From positions 1 to 48,451 of the forward strand of contig DASTLJ010000153.1 of the NCBI GenBank assembly GCA_035715125.1: a stretch of 48,451 nucleotides of DNA, written 5' to 3'. The position numbers and the translations under genes were made by a program. The stretch's first letter is position 1; the number at the start of each line of letters is the position of its first letter. Positions 1 to 9,705 of the stretch are shown here, one piece after another. Below the pieces are notes generated by a model. The model saw only the letters and a list, made by a program, of their open reading frames with translations. It ran no database searches and was not told the DNA's origin. This DNA comes from Verrucomicrobiia bacterium (GTDB lineage Bacteria > Verrucomicrobiota > Verrucomicrobiia > Limisphaerales > JADJPG01).

Positions 1-3000
1 CCCTCGGGCGGCTGCGGGAAAGCGAAGAGGTAGTTCGAGCCACTGCCGCTGACACTCGCGGCGGAAATGCCGTTGATGAGCAGATCGCCGGCATCCACGT
101 TCTGGACGCGCTCGCTGAAGGTGACCAAAAGGAACGAAAAATTCGTCAGTGTCGCGCCGCGAGGCGGAACCTGCGTGACAATCGTCGGCGGGGTCGTATT
201 GGGGAAAACGGTGAGACGGACCACGGCAGACGTGGCAGAGATTCCGTTCATGTCGAAGGCGACGGCAGTCAGCAGATTCGTACCGAAAAGGGCATCCCAC
301 ACCACGTTGAACGGACTGGATGGGTCCTCGCCAATCAGCGCGCTATTGGCGAAAAACTGCACGTCGGTCACTCCAGCCGGCGCGCTGGCGTAGGCCGAGA
401 CGAAGAGGTTGGTCCCGCCCTCGACGGCCGCGCCATCCGCGGGACTGGTGATCCGCACGAACGGAGTGCCGACCGAATCAAACACGTCGATATGAACCGC
501 TGCTGATTGCTGCCTTGCGCCATCGTCGTCGGTCGCCATGGCCGTCAGGGAGTGAGGGCCGAGCGGAGGACTGTTCCAGTCGAAGCTGTAGGCAGCATTC
601 GTCGTTTCACCGAGCTTCATTCCATCGGCGAAGAATTCGACTTTCGTTACGTTGCCGTCCGGGTCGGACGCACTCGCGGTCAGCGTGATGTTCGACGGCG
701 CGAGGAAGTAGTCGTTGTTCGTCGGGCTGGTGATGGCAACGAGTGGAGACAGGTTTCGAACCAGAGCAGGCGCTCCGATCATGTACAATTGGAACCAACT
801 GTCGGGTGTGTTAGCGACATTCTGATGAACCTCCGCGGCGAGCACGTTAGTACCCTCGACAAAAAGTGCCCGGCTGGGAAAGGCAAAATAGAAATTGCCT
901 CCGTCGTCGAAGGCGTCGGTCGACGCGCGGGTCGTGTAGGTAATCGTCCCGGACGGCATGTTGTCACGGAACACTTCCACCCCGTTCAGGTAAACAACCA
1001 CCCCATCATCGCGCTGAATATAAAGGTAGAAGGCGAGATAGCTGGCCACATTGGTGAGCACCAAGGATTGGCGGTAATAGGTAGTGATGTATTTACTGTT
1101 CGGATTTGGTCCAAAGGAATTCGTCGTGGCAGGGAAGCGCCCGTTGGAATCACTGTAGCCGAGCGGGGACGGACCGCTGGCCCAACCGCTGTCGTCGAAA
1201 TTGGGGGCAATCCAGTTCGTGCCTTGATTGGAGCCGTCATCGAGATATTTCCAGACGGAGCCATCAAACAGCAATGTGCTGTACACGCCGATGTAGTGTG
1301 GCTGCGAATTGTAGGAGGCTCCCGTGTCCGACCTGCCAATCGCCGTCAATCGGTGCGACCCGCCCACCGGATTGCTCCAGGCCGCGCTGTAGGGCGGCGT
1401 GGAGTCCTGGCCAAAGTATTGTCCGTCCACGTAGAATTCGATGTTTGTGATCGAGCCAGAGCCGGCGGGCAAATAGGCCCATGCCGTCACGGAAATGGAA
1501 CTGGTGCTGCCGAAGAAGTTCCAGTAGCTGCCATCGAACGGCAGGAGCAGAGTGACTCCGACGTTTTGCACGAAAACATTCACGGGACCCGATGTGTAGC
1601 TCTGGCTGTTGGCCCCAATGGCCACGGCATAGAAGCTGTTCGTCTCGAGCGGCGTGTTGGTGGCCACGCCGGTAAAGGGCGCGTTCGTGCTCGATGCGAT
1701 GCGGACGAAGCCGCGATAGAAATCGACCTGAGTAGCGGGCGAGCTTGGAAAGTTGCTGCTGAAGGAAACCGTGAATGGAATCGGATCGCCCAAGGTAAAG
1801 ACCGCGCCATTGGTCGGTGAACTGATGGAGAAGCCATTCGGACCCTGAATATGAAGCGTGATGCTGCCCGAGGAACCACCATAACCATCCACCGCGATGC
1901 GATAGGCCGTGCCCGCCGTCGCGTTGAATTGGACCAGGCTCTGCGCTGAAAAGAAGTTTCCTGAAAAATAATCGTCATTGCCTGCAATCGTGGTCAGTTG
2001 GTTGACCGCATTGCCGACATAGACTCCCAGAAGTGTATCGAAGGTACTGCCGAATGTGTCAATGGTAGTCAGGCCGTTGTCGGGCGCCGTCCAGGTCCAC
2101 CAAACCGAATGTGTCCCGCCAAATCCCCCGTGGGCGGGTTCGCCGGATTCCCTTGTGGCTCCCACGTTGTTCCCTGTCGTGGTCACAAACAGCCCGTTGA
2201 GCGGGATGGCATTGGTGAAATGGTTGTTGGAGCCCGGCGCTCCGGAGACCACGGTCACATGGTTTGTGTCCGAGTAACTCTTCCGGCCCAAACTGTCCGT
2301 CCCCGCAGCATAGACCGTGTGATTGCCCACCGCGGGGTTGGCCACCGAAACCGAGTAGGGCGCTGTGCCGTCCACACCGGCCGATGCCCCATCGAAGTAA
2401 AACTGCACATTGCTTACGGTGACCGGCGCCCCAACGGTAGCCGTGGCCGCCAGCGCCAATAGCAGGCCAGCCGTCACGGTCAAATCGTTGATTGGGCTGG
2501 TAAGAATCACCGCCAGCGGATTGGGACGAATCGTGAAGACGTTGGTGGTGGAGTCCGCTTGCTGCGGGATCGGGATGGAACTATCGGCTATGTGGACGTA
2601 GCTGGTGTAGCTGCCCACGGGCAAAAGGCCGAGGTTCGTCGTAAATGGGGGCGAATTCAGCAGGCCGACCAATTGGTCATTGGTGTAAAACGATACCGTG
2701 TGCGGTGAGGTGCCACCGCCCCCAACGGCGTCGAGTCTCACGGACTGGCCGAAATTGTACGACGCGCCATTGGTCGGAGTCAGGTTCACGCCTAATGGCC
2801 CGTTGATATGAATCGTGGCAGCCAACGAGTTGCTCACCCATCCCCTGGCGTCAGTCACGGTCGCCTTGATCGCGTGATCCCCGACGAAGAGCGCGCCGAA
2901 ATTGCGTTCATAAGGCGCGGAGGTCACCGCCGCGCCGTTGGGCAGATTGTCCAGGTAGAACTGGACCCAGTACGGCGCGGTGCCGCCGGACACCGTTGCC

Positions 3001-4052
3001 ATTGCCGACACTTCGGTGGTGTTGTCAAACGTGGCGTCATTGACCGGGGCCGTCAGGTCCAACACAACCGGGTCAGCCACAATAAACGTGTTCGTCCTCG
3101 AATTCGCGCTCGCCGGACTGGCAGCGCTATCGGTCGCGACCGCATAGATGTTGTTTGTTCCGACTGGCAGAGTCCCCAGGCTTACGTCGTAAGGCGCAGT
3201 CGCGCTCGCTCCCGCCGAAGCAAAGATCATGTTACCCGCACCGCTGTTCGTGAAATACTCCACCGTGTAGGGCGCGGTGCCGTTGGCCAGCGTCGCCGTC
3301 GCCGCAATGGAGCTTCCGGACACGAAGAGTGCCCCGTTGGTCGGCGCCGTCAGGGTGCAGGCAAGCAACAGCGGGAAACCCGCCGTTACTTGCAGCGAGA
3401 AATTGTCAAACTGATTGGCGGAATCAATTCCCGCTAACGTTGCATTGTCATCCACCCACATGAAGTACAAACTCCCCCCATTGGTCCAATTCAAAGTGAA
3501 CTGGAGAAGGTAAGGCGTGAATCCATTGGCCGAAAGTGTATGGTTGAGCGTGGGCAGGTTGATCCAGCTATTGGCCAGCCCGGTGAAGCTGATATAAGCT
3601 CGCGTGCCTCTGCCGTTCTCTTCCGGGACCTCCACCGTCCCTCCTATCGTAAGCCCGTAGGAGAGCGTAATTTGCGTCGCGTTGGTGCCAGTGTTGTTCA
3701 CGAACTTTCCCATCAGCACCGTGTAGCGATTCCCCGTGGGCCGCGTCTGAAGGTAGAGCCCGGTCGAACTCCACACCGCGGTGCCCAGCGCCGCCGGGGG
3801 ATTGCCAGTGCTCGAGGTCGCTTGAGCCGTGACTCCACTGGCCGTGATGTTCGCATTCACGTCCGTGTCCGGATTATAATTATCGCCGCTGCCACCAGCC
3901 CTGCTGAACGTTGCCCAGTCCGCCGCCGCCGGTTGGGTTCCGAATGCATTGGTGTAGCCCGCCGGCTCCAGGCTGGCCGCCCTGGCGTTGCCCGCAAGGA
4001 ACAGGAAGGCCGCCACCAGTGGTACGCAGGCTCGCCGACTGAGGAATCTCAA
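1..4052 (-). CDS. Giant secreted multi-Ig-like-domain protein (first ~1350 codons; 3' end lies beyond the left edge)
   Basis: The minus-strand frame is open from 4052 to position 1 with no stop, so it is absent from the ORF track. Manual translation from TTG at 4052 gives MRFLSRRACVPLVAAFLFLAGNARAASLEP, a signal peptide. About nine Big_7/chitobiase-type Ig repeats follow (e.g. ITSPTNNDYFLAPSNITLTASASDPDGNVTKVEFFADGMKLGETTNAAYSFDWNSPPLGPHSLTAMATDDDG). There is also a GEPxH..WWTWTAP domain and a DDGVVVYLNGVEVFRDNMP..VHQ domain. An in-frame ATG at 4151 is an alternative start. Confidence 0.75.
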   Translation of the reverse strand, partial: MRFLSRRACVPLVAAFLFLAGNARAASLEPAGYTNAFGTQPAAADWATFSRAGGSGDNYNPDTDVNANITASGVTAQATSSTGNPPAALGTAVWSSTGLYLQTRPTGNRYTVLMGKFVNNTGTNATQITLSYGLTIGGTVEVPEENGRGTRAYISFTGLANSWINLPTLNHTLSANGFTPYLLQFTLNWTNGGSLYFMWVDDNATLAGIDSANQFDNFSLQVTAGFPLLLACTLTAPTNGALFVSGSSIAATATLANGTAPYTVEYFTNSGAGNMIFASAGASATAPYDVSLGTLPVGTNNIYAVATDSAASPASANSRTNTFIVADPVVLDLTAPVNDATFDNTTEVSAMATVSGGTAPYWVQFYLDNLPNGAAVTSAPYERNFGALFVGDHAIKATVTDARGWVSNSLAATIHINGPLGVNLTPTNGASYNFGQSVRLDAVGGGGTSPHTVSFYTNDQLVGLLNSPPFTTNLGLLPVGSYTSYVHIADSSIPIPQQADSTTNVFTIRPNPLAVILTSPINDLTVTAGLLLALAATATVGAPVTVSNVQFYFDGASAGVDGTAPYSVSVANPAVGNHTVYAAGTDSLGRKSYSDTNHVTVVSGAPGSNNHFTNAIPLNGLFVTTTGNNVGATRESGEPAHGGFGGTHSVWWTWTAPDNGLTTIDTFGSTFDTLLGVYVGNAVNQLTTIAGNDDYFSGNFFSAQSLVQFNATAGTAYRIAVDGYGGSSGSITLHIQGPNGFSISSPTNGAVFTLGDPIPFTVSFSSNFPSSPATQVDFYRGFVRIASSTNAPFTGVATNTPLETNSFYAVAIGANSQSYTSGPVNVFVQNVGVTLLLPFDGSYWNFFGSTSSISVTAWAYLPAGSGSITNIEFYVDGQYFGQDSTPPYSAAWSNPVGGSHRLTAIGRSDTGASYNSQPHYIGVYSTLLFDGSVWKYLDDGSNQGTNWIAPNFDDSGWASGPSPLGYSDSNGRFPATTNSFGPNPNSKYITTYYRQSLVLTNVASYLAFYLYIQRDDGVVVYLNGVEVFRDNMPSGTITYTTRASTDAFDDGGNFYFAFPSRALFVEGTNVLAAEVHQNVANTPDSWFQLYMIGAPALVRNLSPLVAITSPTNNDYFLAPSNITLTASASDPDGNVTKVEFFADGMKLGETTNAAYSFDWNSPPLGPHSLTAMATDDDGARQQSAAVHIDVFDSVGTPFVRITSPADGAAVEGGTNLFVSAYASAPAGVTDVQFFANSALIGEDPSSPFNVVWDALFGTNLLTAVAFDMNGISATSAVVRLTVFPNTTPPTIVTQVPPRGATLTNFSFLLVTFSERVQNVDAGDLLINGISAASVSGSGSNYLFAFPQPPE

Positions 4053-4304
4053 GCCACCAATACCAATGATAGATTGAAACTCTTCACTCCAACTTCGCCC
4101 TCTCCGGCACGTGCGAAATCTCCAGAGCGATATACAACGCGGTCGTTTCATAACCACTACACTGGACAAGCCCTAATGCGCTCGTACAAGGATTATGATG
4201 CAGACGCGCCAAACGCAAGAGAATTCACCAAGGCCGTCGGATTCATATTGCGACTCTGTCGCCGCATGAATCGCCTCGCAACGCAAGGCTCAACCTTTTT
4301 GAGT

Positions 4305-5156
4305 TCAAACTTGAGGCGGAACCTGAACTCGCCCGACCGCTAGCAGGATTCCGTGCAGCAGCGCGTGGGGATTTGGGGGGCAGCCGGGAATGTAAACATC
4401 CACCGGGATGACGGAGTCCACGCCCCCGCGCGTGGCATAGTTCACGCCGAAGATACCGCCGCTGCAACCACAGGCGCCGACTGCGACGACGAGCCGCGGC
4501 TGCGGGGTCGCGTCGTAGGTTTTCTTGAGAGCCATTTCCATGTTGCGCGTCACAGGGCCGGTGACCAGAAGCATGTCGGCGTGGCGAGGGGAGGCGACGA
4601 AATGGATCCCGAAGCGTTCGAGGTCATACACGGGGCTGTTGAGGCCGTGGATTTCGATCTCGCAGCCATTGCAGGAGCCGGCGTCCACCTGGCGGATGTG
4701 AAGCGATCGGCCGAGCACGGAATGAATGCGCTTCTGAAGTTGCTGGCCGAGCGTATTAAGCGAGTCGCCGCCAGGGCCAGCGGCCGCCGGTGCTTTGATT
4801 ATCCGCTCGTGGGTGCCGTCGCGAGCCAGATTGTATTTGGCCGTGAACTGGAGGCTGGCACGCCCGCGGGCGGCCAGTTCGCACTGATTCGTCATGCGGA
4901 TGGATTTGTCCACGTCGGCACACAGGCCGCAGAAGATGCACTTGCCCAGGTCAAGTGTCGCCGTGCGCGTCGTGTGTTGATCGCGAAACTCGATGGCGCC
5001 GGTCGGACAAATGGCGGCGGCGGGCCGGGCGTCTTTCCAATTCGCCCAATCAATCTCCGGTTTGCCGCGCGCGCGACTGGAGACTTCCGGCGGCGTCTCG
5101 GGATACCTCGTCGTGACAACGCCGGTCTTCAAACTTTGGCGCAGAGTTTCAAACAT
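4305..5156 (-). CDS. Fused HyfH/HycF-like ferredoxin + HyfI/HycG (NuoB-like) small subunit
   Basis: ORF 4305..5324 trimmed to ATG 5156, which lies 2 nt after the stop of the upstream gene at 5159. The N-half (AAICPTGAIEF...LDLGKCIFCGLCADV) is NuoI/HycF-type. The C-half (HIRQVDAGSCNGCEIEIHGL, FVASPRHADMLLVTGPVT, GACGCSGGIF, VDVYIPGCPP) is HycG/NuoB-type. Confidence 0.85.
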   Translation of the reverse strand: MFETLRQSLKTGVVTTRYPETPPEVSSRARGKPEIDWANWKDARPAAAICPTGAIEFRDQHTTRTATLDLGKCIFCGLCADVDKSIRMTNQCELAARGRASLQFTAKYNLARDGTHERIIKAPAAAGPGGDSLNTLGQQLQKRIHSVLGRSLHIRQVDAGSCNGCEIEIHGLNSPVYDLERFGIHFVASPRHADMLLVTGPVTRNMEMALKKTYDATPQPRLVVAVGACGCSGGIFGVNYATRGGVDSVIPVDVYIPGCPPNPHALLHGILLAVGRVQVPPQV

Positions 5157-5158
5157 GG

Positions 5159-6754
5159 TCAGCGATCCGTCCCCGAATAGGAGAGGTTGAAGCTTTTGTT
5201 CACGACCGGGAAATCCGGGATGATGTTGCCGAGAATGGCTTCGCTCAGCGCCGGCCAGTTTTGCAGCGAAGGGTCTTTCACTTTGCAACGCGCCAGCCGA
5301 TTGCCGGGCGCGGTGTGAACCCAATGGAAGATTTCGCCGCGCCAGCCTTCGACGTAGCCGAGGGCCACGCGGTCTGGCGGCACTTCGCCGACCTCCGTAC
5401 GAACAGGACCTTCGGGCAGCTTGGCCATGACCTGGCGGAGGATGCCAAAGGATTGGAACAACTCTTCCCGGCGCATCGCCAGGCGGCGTTGCACGTCGCC
5501 TTCGGTGAAGACCGGCACACTGAATTGCACCTGGTCGTAGAAGTCGTGCGGGAAGTCACGGCGCAGGTCATGGTCGAAGCCCGATGCCCGGCCTGCGATG
5601 CCGACGACCCCGAGGTCGCGCGCGGCCTTGGGGGTAAGGACGCCCGTCGTCTCCAGTCGATCGCGCGTGCCGGAGTGCGAACGGATCAACTCGGCCAGGT
5701 CGGTAAACTCGCGTTCGAACTCGTCCACGAACGTGGCCAACTCGCGGAGTTGACTGGCGTCGAAATCGAAGCGCACGCCGCCGAGGGCCGCCATGCCCCG
5801 CAAGAGGCGGTTGCCGGTGAGTTGTTCGTTCACGCGCAGCACGCGTTCCTTGAGCCGCATCGCGTGCATGTGCGCGGTGACGAACGCCACGTCCGTGCAA
5901 ATCGCGCCGATGTCGGCGACGTGATTGTAGAGCCGTTCCAGTTCGAGGCAGACGGTGCGGAGGGCGCGGGCGCGCGGCGGCGCCTCGGCTCCGCTGGCCC
6001 GTTCGACGGCATGGCAAAAGGCCGTCGCGTGCGCGAAACTGGAATCGCCCGAAAGACTTTCCGCCAGCCGAACGCCGTGAGAAATCGGCAGGCTCTCAAA
6101 AAGTTTCTCCGTCCCTTTGTGCACGTAAAACATCCGCAGTTGCAGGTAGAGCACCGGCTCGCCCGCGACGCTGAACAAGAAGTGTCCGGGCTCGATGATG
6201 CCCGCGTGCACCGGGCCGACGGGCACCTGGAACACGCCTTCGCCCTCGACCTCGCGGAACTTGTGCCGCGCGCCGGTGAAGGGCGGCAGTTGCGTGCGCA
6301 CGTCGAAATCCTTGCGCAGCGGATGGACCTCCGGCCAGTCATCGTGCAGCACGCAGCGGCGCGGATTTGGATGGCCGATCAGTTTGATGCCGAACAGATC
6401 CTGGATTTCGCGCTCCTGCCAATCGACCGCGGGAATGGCGTTGGTGAGCGAAGCCAATTCCGGCTGGTCTTGAGGAATGGGAACACGCACCAGCACGAAC
6501 CCGTGCGCCGCGTCGAGCGCGTAAAGGTAATAGACAAAGAATACCTGATGCGCGGCGCGGGCGTCCTCGGCGAACACGCCGGCGAGACGCGCATTGTATT
6601 TTTTGTAAAACACGGAGCAGAGGGCGCTTGCCAGTTCCAGTTTCGCGTGGAGATAGAGCTCGTTCGGCTGCGGCGCGGGCGCGCGCTCGATTTGAGAGCC
6701 GAAACGCTGAGTCAGTTCGTCGAGCACCGTTCGCAATTCCGGGAGCAGATTCAT
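5159..6754 (-). CDS. HyfG/HycE-like large subunit (NuoC-NuoD fusion) lacking the [NiFe] cysteine ligands
   Basis: ORF 5159..7180 trimmed to ATG 6754, giving an ATGA overlap with the upstream stop at 6751. The NuoC-like part contains WQEREIQDLFGIKLIGHPNPRR. The NuoD/HycE-like part contains VGPVHAGIIEPGHFLFSVAGEPVLYLQLRMFYVHKGTEKL and LERLYNHVADIG. LAESLSGDSSFAH replaces the CGxCxxxH motif, and the protein ends in SFNLSYSGTDR. Confidence 0.9.
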   Translation of the reverse strand: MNLLPELRTVLDELTQRFGSQIERAPAPQPNELYLHAKLELASALCSVFYKKYNARLAGVFAEDARAAHQVFFVYYLYALDAAHGFVLVRVPIPQDQPELASLTNAIPAVDWQEREIQDLFGIKLIGHPNPRRCVLHDDWPEVHPLRKDFDVRTQLPPFTGARHKFREVEGEGVFQVPVGPVHAGIIEPGHFLFSVAGEPVLYLQLRMFYVHKGTEKLFESLPISHGVRLAESLSGDSSFAHATAFCHAVERASGAEAPPRARALRTVCLELERLYNHVADIGAICTDVAFVTAHMHAMRLKERVLRVNEQLTGNRLLRGMAALGGVRFDFDASQLRELATFVDEFEREFTDLAELIRSHSGTRDRLETTGVLTPKAARDLGVVGIAGRASGFDHDLRRDFPHDFYDQVQFSVPVFTEGDVQRRLAMRREELFQSFGILRQVMAKLPEGPVRTEVGEVPPDRVALGYVEGWRGEIFHWVHTAPGNRLARCKVKDPSLQNWPALSEAILGNIIPDFPVVNKSFNLSYSGTDR

Positions 6755-8223
6755 TGACCCCCTCCTAACACTTGCGCCGCGGTCCGCACCAGTTCGTAAA
6801 TCGGCGCGGGCAGCACCAGTCCAAGCGCGACCGCCGGCACGGCCACCAGCAGCATCGCGCCGAGCTTCCACGGGCACTCCGTGCCGCGCGCTGTGTCGGG
6901 CGCGGGCTGGCCTAGATTCAGCTTCGACATGCGCACCAGGAACCCTGCGAAAATCGCGACGATGCCCGCGACGATCAAGCCCGCCGCCCAGGGGCGGTCC
7001 GCCGCCAGCGCCGCGCTCAGGGCCGTGAACTCGCTCTGGAACAGGCTGAAGGGCGGGACGCCGGTGATGGCCACCGTGCCCATGAGAAACAGCGCGCCCG
7101 TCCACGGCAGCGTATGAATGACGCCAGTGACTTTGCGGAAATACGGCGTGCCGAAGTGCTGCTGGACGTTGCCCGCGCAAAAAAACATCAACGGCTTGGT
7201 CACACCGTGGAAAAGCATGTGCAGCACCATGCCCAGCGCGCCGAGTTTGCCGCCGAACCCCAGCGCCGCGATCATGATGCCCGACTGGTCGATGCTCGAA
7301 TAGGCGAGCAGCCGGCGGAAATTCCGTTGGGTGAGCACGAACGGCGCGGCGACCAGGATGGAAACAACGCCGAAGACCACGAGCAGGTTCCCGGCATACT
7401 CATGGCCAAGGCATTTGGCAGCCAGGGTGTAGAAACGCGCGATGCCATAAACCGCGCAGTTGATGAACCCGGCGCCCAGCAGCGCGGCCGCGGGCACGGG
7501 GGCTTCGGCGTAGGCATCGGGTTTCCAGGTGTGCATCGGCACCAGGCCGGCCTTCGTTCCGTAGCCGACGAGCACCAGCACGAACGCCAGGCGCATCGCG
7601 GCAGGCTGGCATTGGCCAGCCACCTCGATGAGCACTGACCAGTTGAAGCCGTGCGCCGCGTGCTTGCCCAGCGCTGGCAGCGCCGCAAAGTAGGTTAGGA
7701 CCGTGCCCAACAACGCCAGCGCGATGCCGGCACTGCCGATGATGATGTATTTCCACGCGGCTTCGAGGGAACTTTTCTGATTATAGAAGCGCACCAACAA
7801 GACCGACGCAAGCGTGGTGGACTCCATTGCGACCCAAAGCAGGCCCAGACTGTTTACCAGCGGCACGGCCATCATCGTGCCCACGAAGATCGGGGTGAGC
7901 ACGTAGTAGCGGTGCAGCAGAATTGCGTTGATTTTTCCCGCACGCTCTTCGCCGCGCAGATACCCGATGGCGTATCCGGCGCACGCCAGCGCGACGAACG
8001 CGATAAGGCCCACCACCAGGGCGCTGAGGGCGTCCGCGCGCAGGAAACCGCCGAAAGCTTCGACCGTGCCGCGCGCGAGGACTTGCGCTCCAAGCCCCGC
8101 CGCGAGGGCGGCAACCATGCAGAAGCCGAGCAGATTCAACCGCTCCAGCACGGCCCGCTCGCGCAGCGGCCAGCAAGCCAGGCCGGTGAGCAAAGGCACG
8201 AGGACGAGGAGCACCAAGATCAT
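6751..8223 (-). CDS. Antiporter-like subunit (HyfF/HyfD; NuoN/NuoM family)
   Basis: ORF 6751..9528 trimmed to ATG 8223, giving an ATGA overlap with the stop at 8220. It starts MILVLLVLVPLLTG. Motifs: GYGTKAGLVPMHTWKPDAYAEAP, LLAYSSIDQSG, FHGVTKPLMFFCAG. The protein is polytopic and hydrophobic. Confidence 0.85.
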   Translation of the reverse strand: MILVLLVLVPLLTGLACWPLRERAVLERLNLLGFCMVAALAAGLGAQVLARGTVEAFGGFLRADALSALVVGLIAFVALACAGYAIGYLRGEERAGKINAILLHRYYVLTPIFVGTMMAVPLVNSLGLLWVAMESTTLASVLLVRFYNQKSSLEAAWKYIIIGSAGIALALLGTVLTYFAALPALGKHAAHGFNWSVLIEVAGQCQPAAMRLAFVLVLVGYGTKAGLVPMHTWKPDAYAEAPVPAAALLGAGFINCAVYGIARFYTLAAKCLGHEYAGNLLVVFGVVSILVAAPFVLTQRNFRRLLAYSSIDQSGIMIAALGFGGKLGALGMVLHMLFHGVTKPLMFFCAGNVQQHFGTPYFRKVTGVIHTLPWTGALFLMGTVAITGVPPFSLFQSEFTALSAALAADRPWAAGLIVAGIVAIFAGFLVRMSKLNLGQPAPDTARGTECPWKLGAMLLVAVPAVALGLVLPAPIYELVRTAAQVLGGGQ

Positions 8224-9701
8224 GGCACTCCTCGAATGATGTTCGCCGCTTGCTCCATCAGTTGACGGACGGAAGCCGGCAGCCAGGCGGTGAACAAGAG
8301 CAGCGTTCCGAGCGGCAGGCTCATCGCCGCGACGTTGCTGGCTGAAATGGCCTCGCGCGGGTGTTCGCCGCCGGTCGGACCGAGCAGCACTCCGGCGAGT
8401 TTGGTCAGCACGCCGCAGAAGACAAGGATGAGGGCCGCCAACATCACCACGCTCACCCAGACGTGGTTCGACGTGAAGCCGCCGGCAAGGACCGTCAGTT
8501 CGCTCACGAACATGCCGAATGGCGGCAGGCCGCTCACGGCTGCGGCGGCCAGGGCCAGCAACAGCGCCGTCACCGGCATGGCGCGCACCAGGCCAGGGCC
8601 GATGCTGCGGAACTCGAGCGCATGAAATTGCTGGTGGATGTTGCCCGCCGCGAAGAACAGCACGGGCTTGGTCAGCGCGTGGTAACCCATGTGCAGCAGC
8701 GCGCCGAAGACGGTGAGCGGCGCGTTCATGCCAACAGCCACGCAAATCAGGCCGACGTGTTCCAGGCTGGAGTACGCCAGCATCCGCTTGAGATTCTTTT
8801 GCACGAGAATGAACGGCCCGGCCAGGAGCATTGAAAGCAATCCGAAGCCCAGGAGCAGATTGCGGCTGAAAGCGGAGTCGAGACAGGCCGTGGTGAGGAT
8901 GTGGAAGCGCAGCAGCGCATAGACGGCGATCTTCAGTGACACGCCGGAGAGCATCGCGCTGGTCGGCGACGGCGCTTCGCTGTGCGCGTCGGGCAGCCAG
9001 GTGTGCATCGGTGCCAGGCCAGCCTTGGTGCCGTAACCAATCAGTACGAAAATGAAAGCCAGCGTGATAAGGCGAGGGTCGAGCCGCGGCGCCAGCGCCA
9101 ACAGGCGCGACCAATTGAAGCTCGGCAGGGTTTCGCCGCCCGTCTTGCCGACCGCCGCGGCGTAAATGAAGATGGTGCCAAACAAGGCCAGCACCAGACC
9201 CAACCCGCCGAGCATGACGTATTTCCACGCCGCTTCGAGGGAGCTCTTGCGATTGTAGAGCGCCACCAGCAGCACCGACGAAAGCGCCGTGGCTTCCACC
9301 GCAATCCACATCACGCCGAGATTGTTCGCCAGCACGACGAGCAACATGCCCGTGGTGAACAATGGCGTAAGCACGTAAAACTCGCGGAAGCGCCTCTCGG
9401 TCACGGCCGCCTCGGCCAGCTCGCGCCGGAAGTAACGCACGGCGTAGAGCGACGTGGCCAGCGACACGACCGAGATGAGCAACACCATCCACGCGCTCAA
9501 GGCGTCGGCGCGCAGGAACTCGGCCCACTCGGTCACTGGCGCGCCGTGACTGGCCAGCACGGCTTTGAGCAACTTCACCCCGAGGACCAGGACCGTCAGG
9601 AATCCCACGATGTTGAGCCCCTCCACCAGCCCCCGTGGCCGGGCGACCAGACAGAGCAGCCCGACGACGAGGGGAGCGCAGAGGATGGAGCTTAGCAGCA
9701 T
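8220..9701 (-). CDS. Antiporter-like subunit (HyfD/HyfF; NuoM/NuoN family)
   Basis: 493-aa ORF. Motifs: GYGTKAGLAPMHTWLPDAHSEAP, MLAYSSLEHVG, YHALTKPVLFFAAGN. It is a paralogue of the downstream gene. Confidence 0.85.
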   Translation of the reverse strand: MLLSSILCAPLVVGLLCLVARPRGLVEGLNIVGFLTVLVLGVKLLKAVLASHGAPVTEWAEFLRADALSAWMVLLISVVSLATSLYAVRYFRRELAEAAVTERRFREFYVLTPLFTTGMLLVVLANNLGVMWIAVEATALSSVLLVALYNRKSSLEAAWKYVMLGGLGLVLALFGTIFIYAAAVGKTGGETLPSFNWSRLLALAPRLDPRLITLAFIFVLIGYGTKAGLAPMHTWLPDAHSEAPSPTSAMLSGVSLKIAVYALLRFHILTTACLDSAFSRNLLLGFGLLSMLLAGPFILVQKNLKRMLAYSSLEHVGLICVAVGMNAPLTVFGALLHMGYHALTKPVLFFAAGNIHQQFHALEFRSIGPGLVRAMPVTALLLALAAAAVSGLPPFGMFVSELTVLAGGFTSNHVWVSVVMLAALILVFCGVLTKLAGVLLGPTGGEHPREAISASNVAAMSLPLGTLLLFTAWLPASVRQLMEQAANIIRGVP

Positions 9702-9705
9702 GAGA

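Noticed and set aside
4305-5324. Longer N-terminal extensions given by the track for several genes (e.g. 4305..5324, 5159..7180, 6751..9528, 10715..11992, 36109..38445, 43512..45281)
   Set aside because: The extensions are Arg/Gly/Pro-rich and overlap the 3' ends of the upstream genes. Internal ATG or GTG codons give starts that abut or 4-nt-overlap the upstream stops and begin with plausible N-termini, so the shorter models were adopted.
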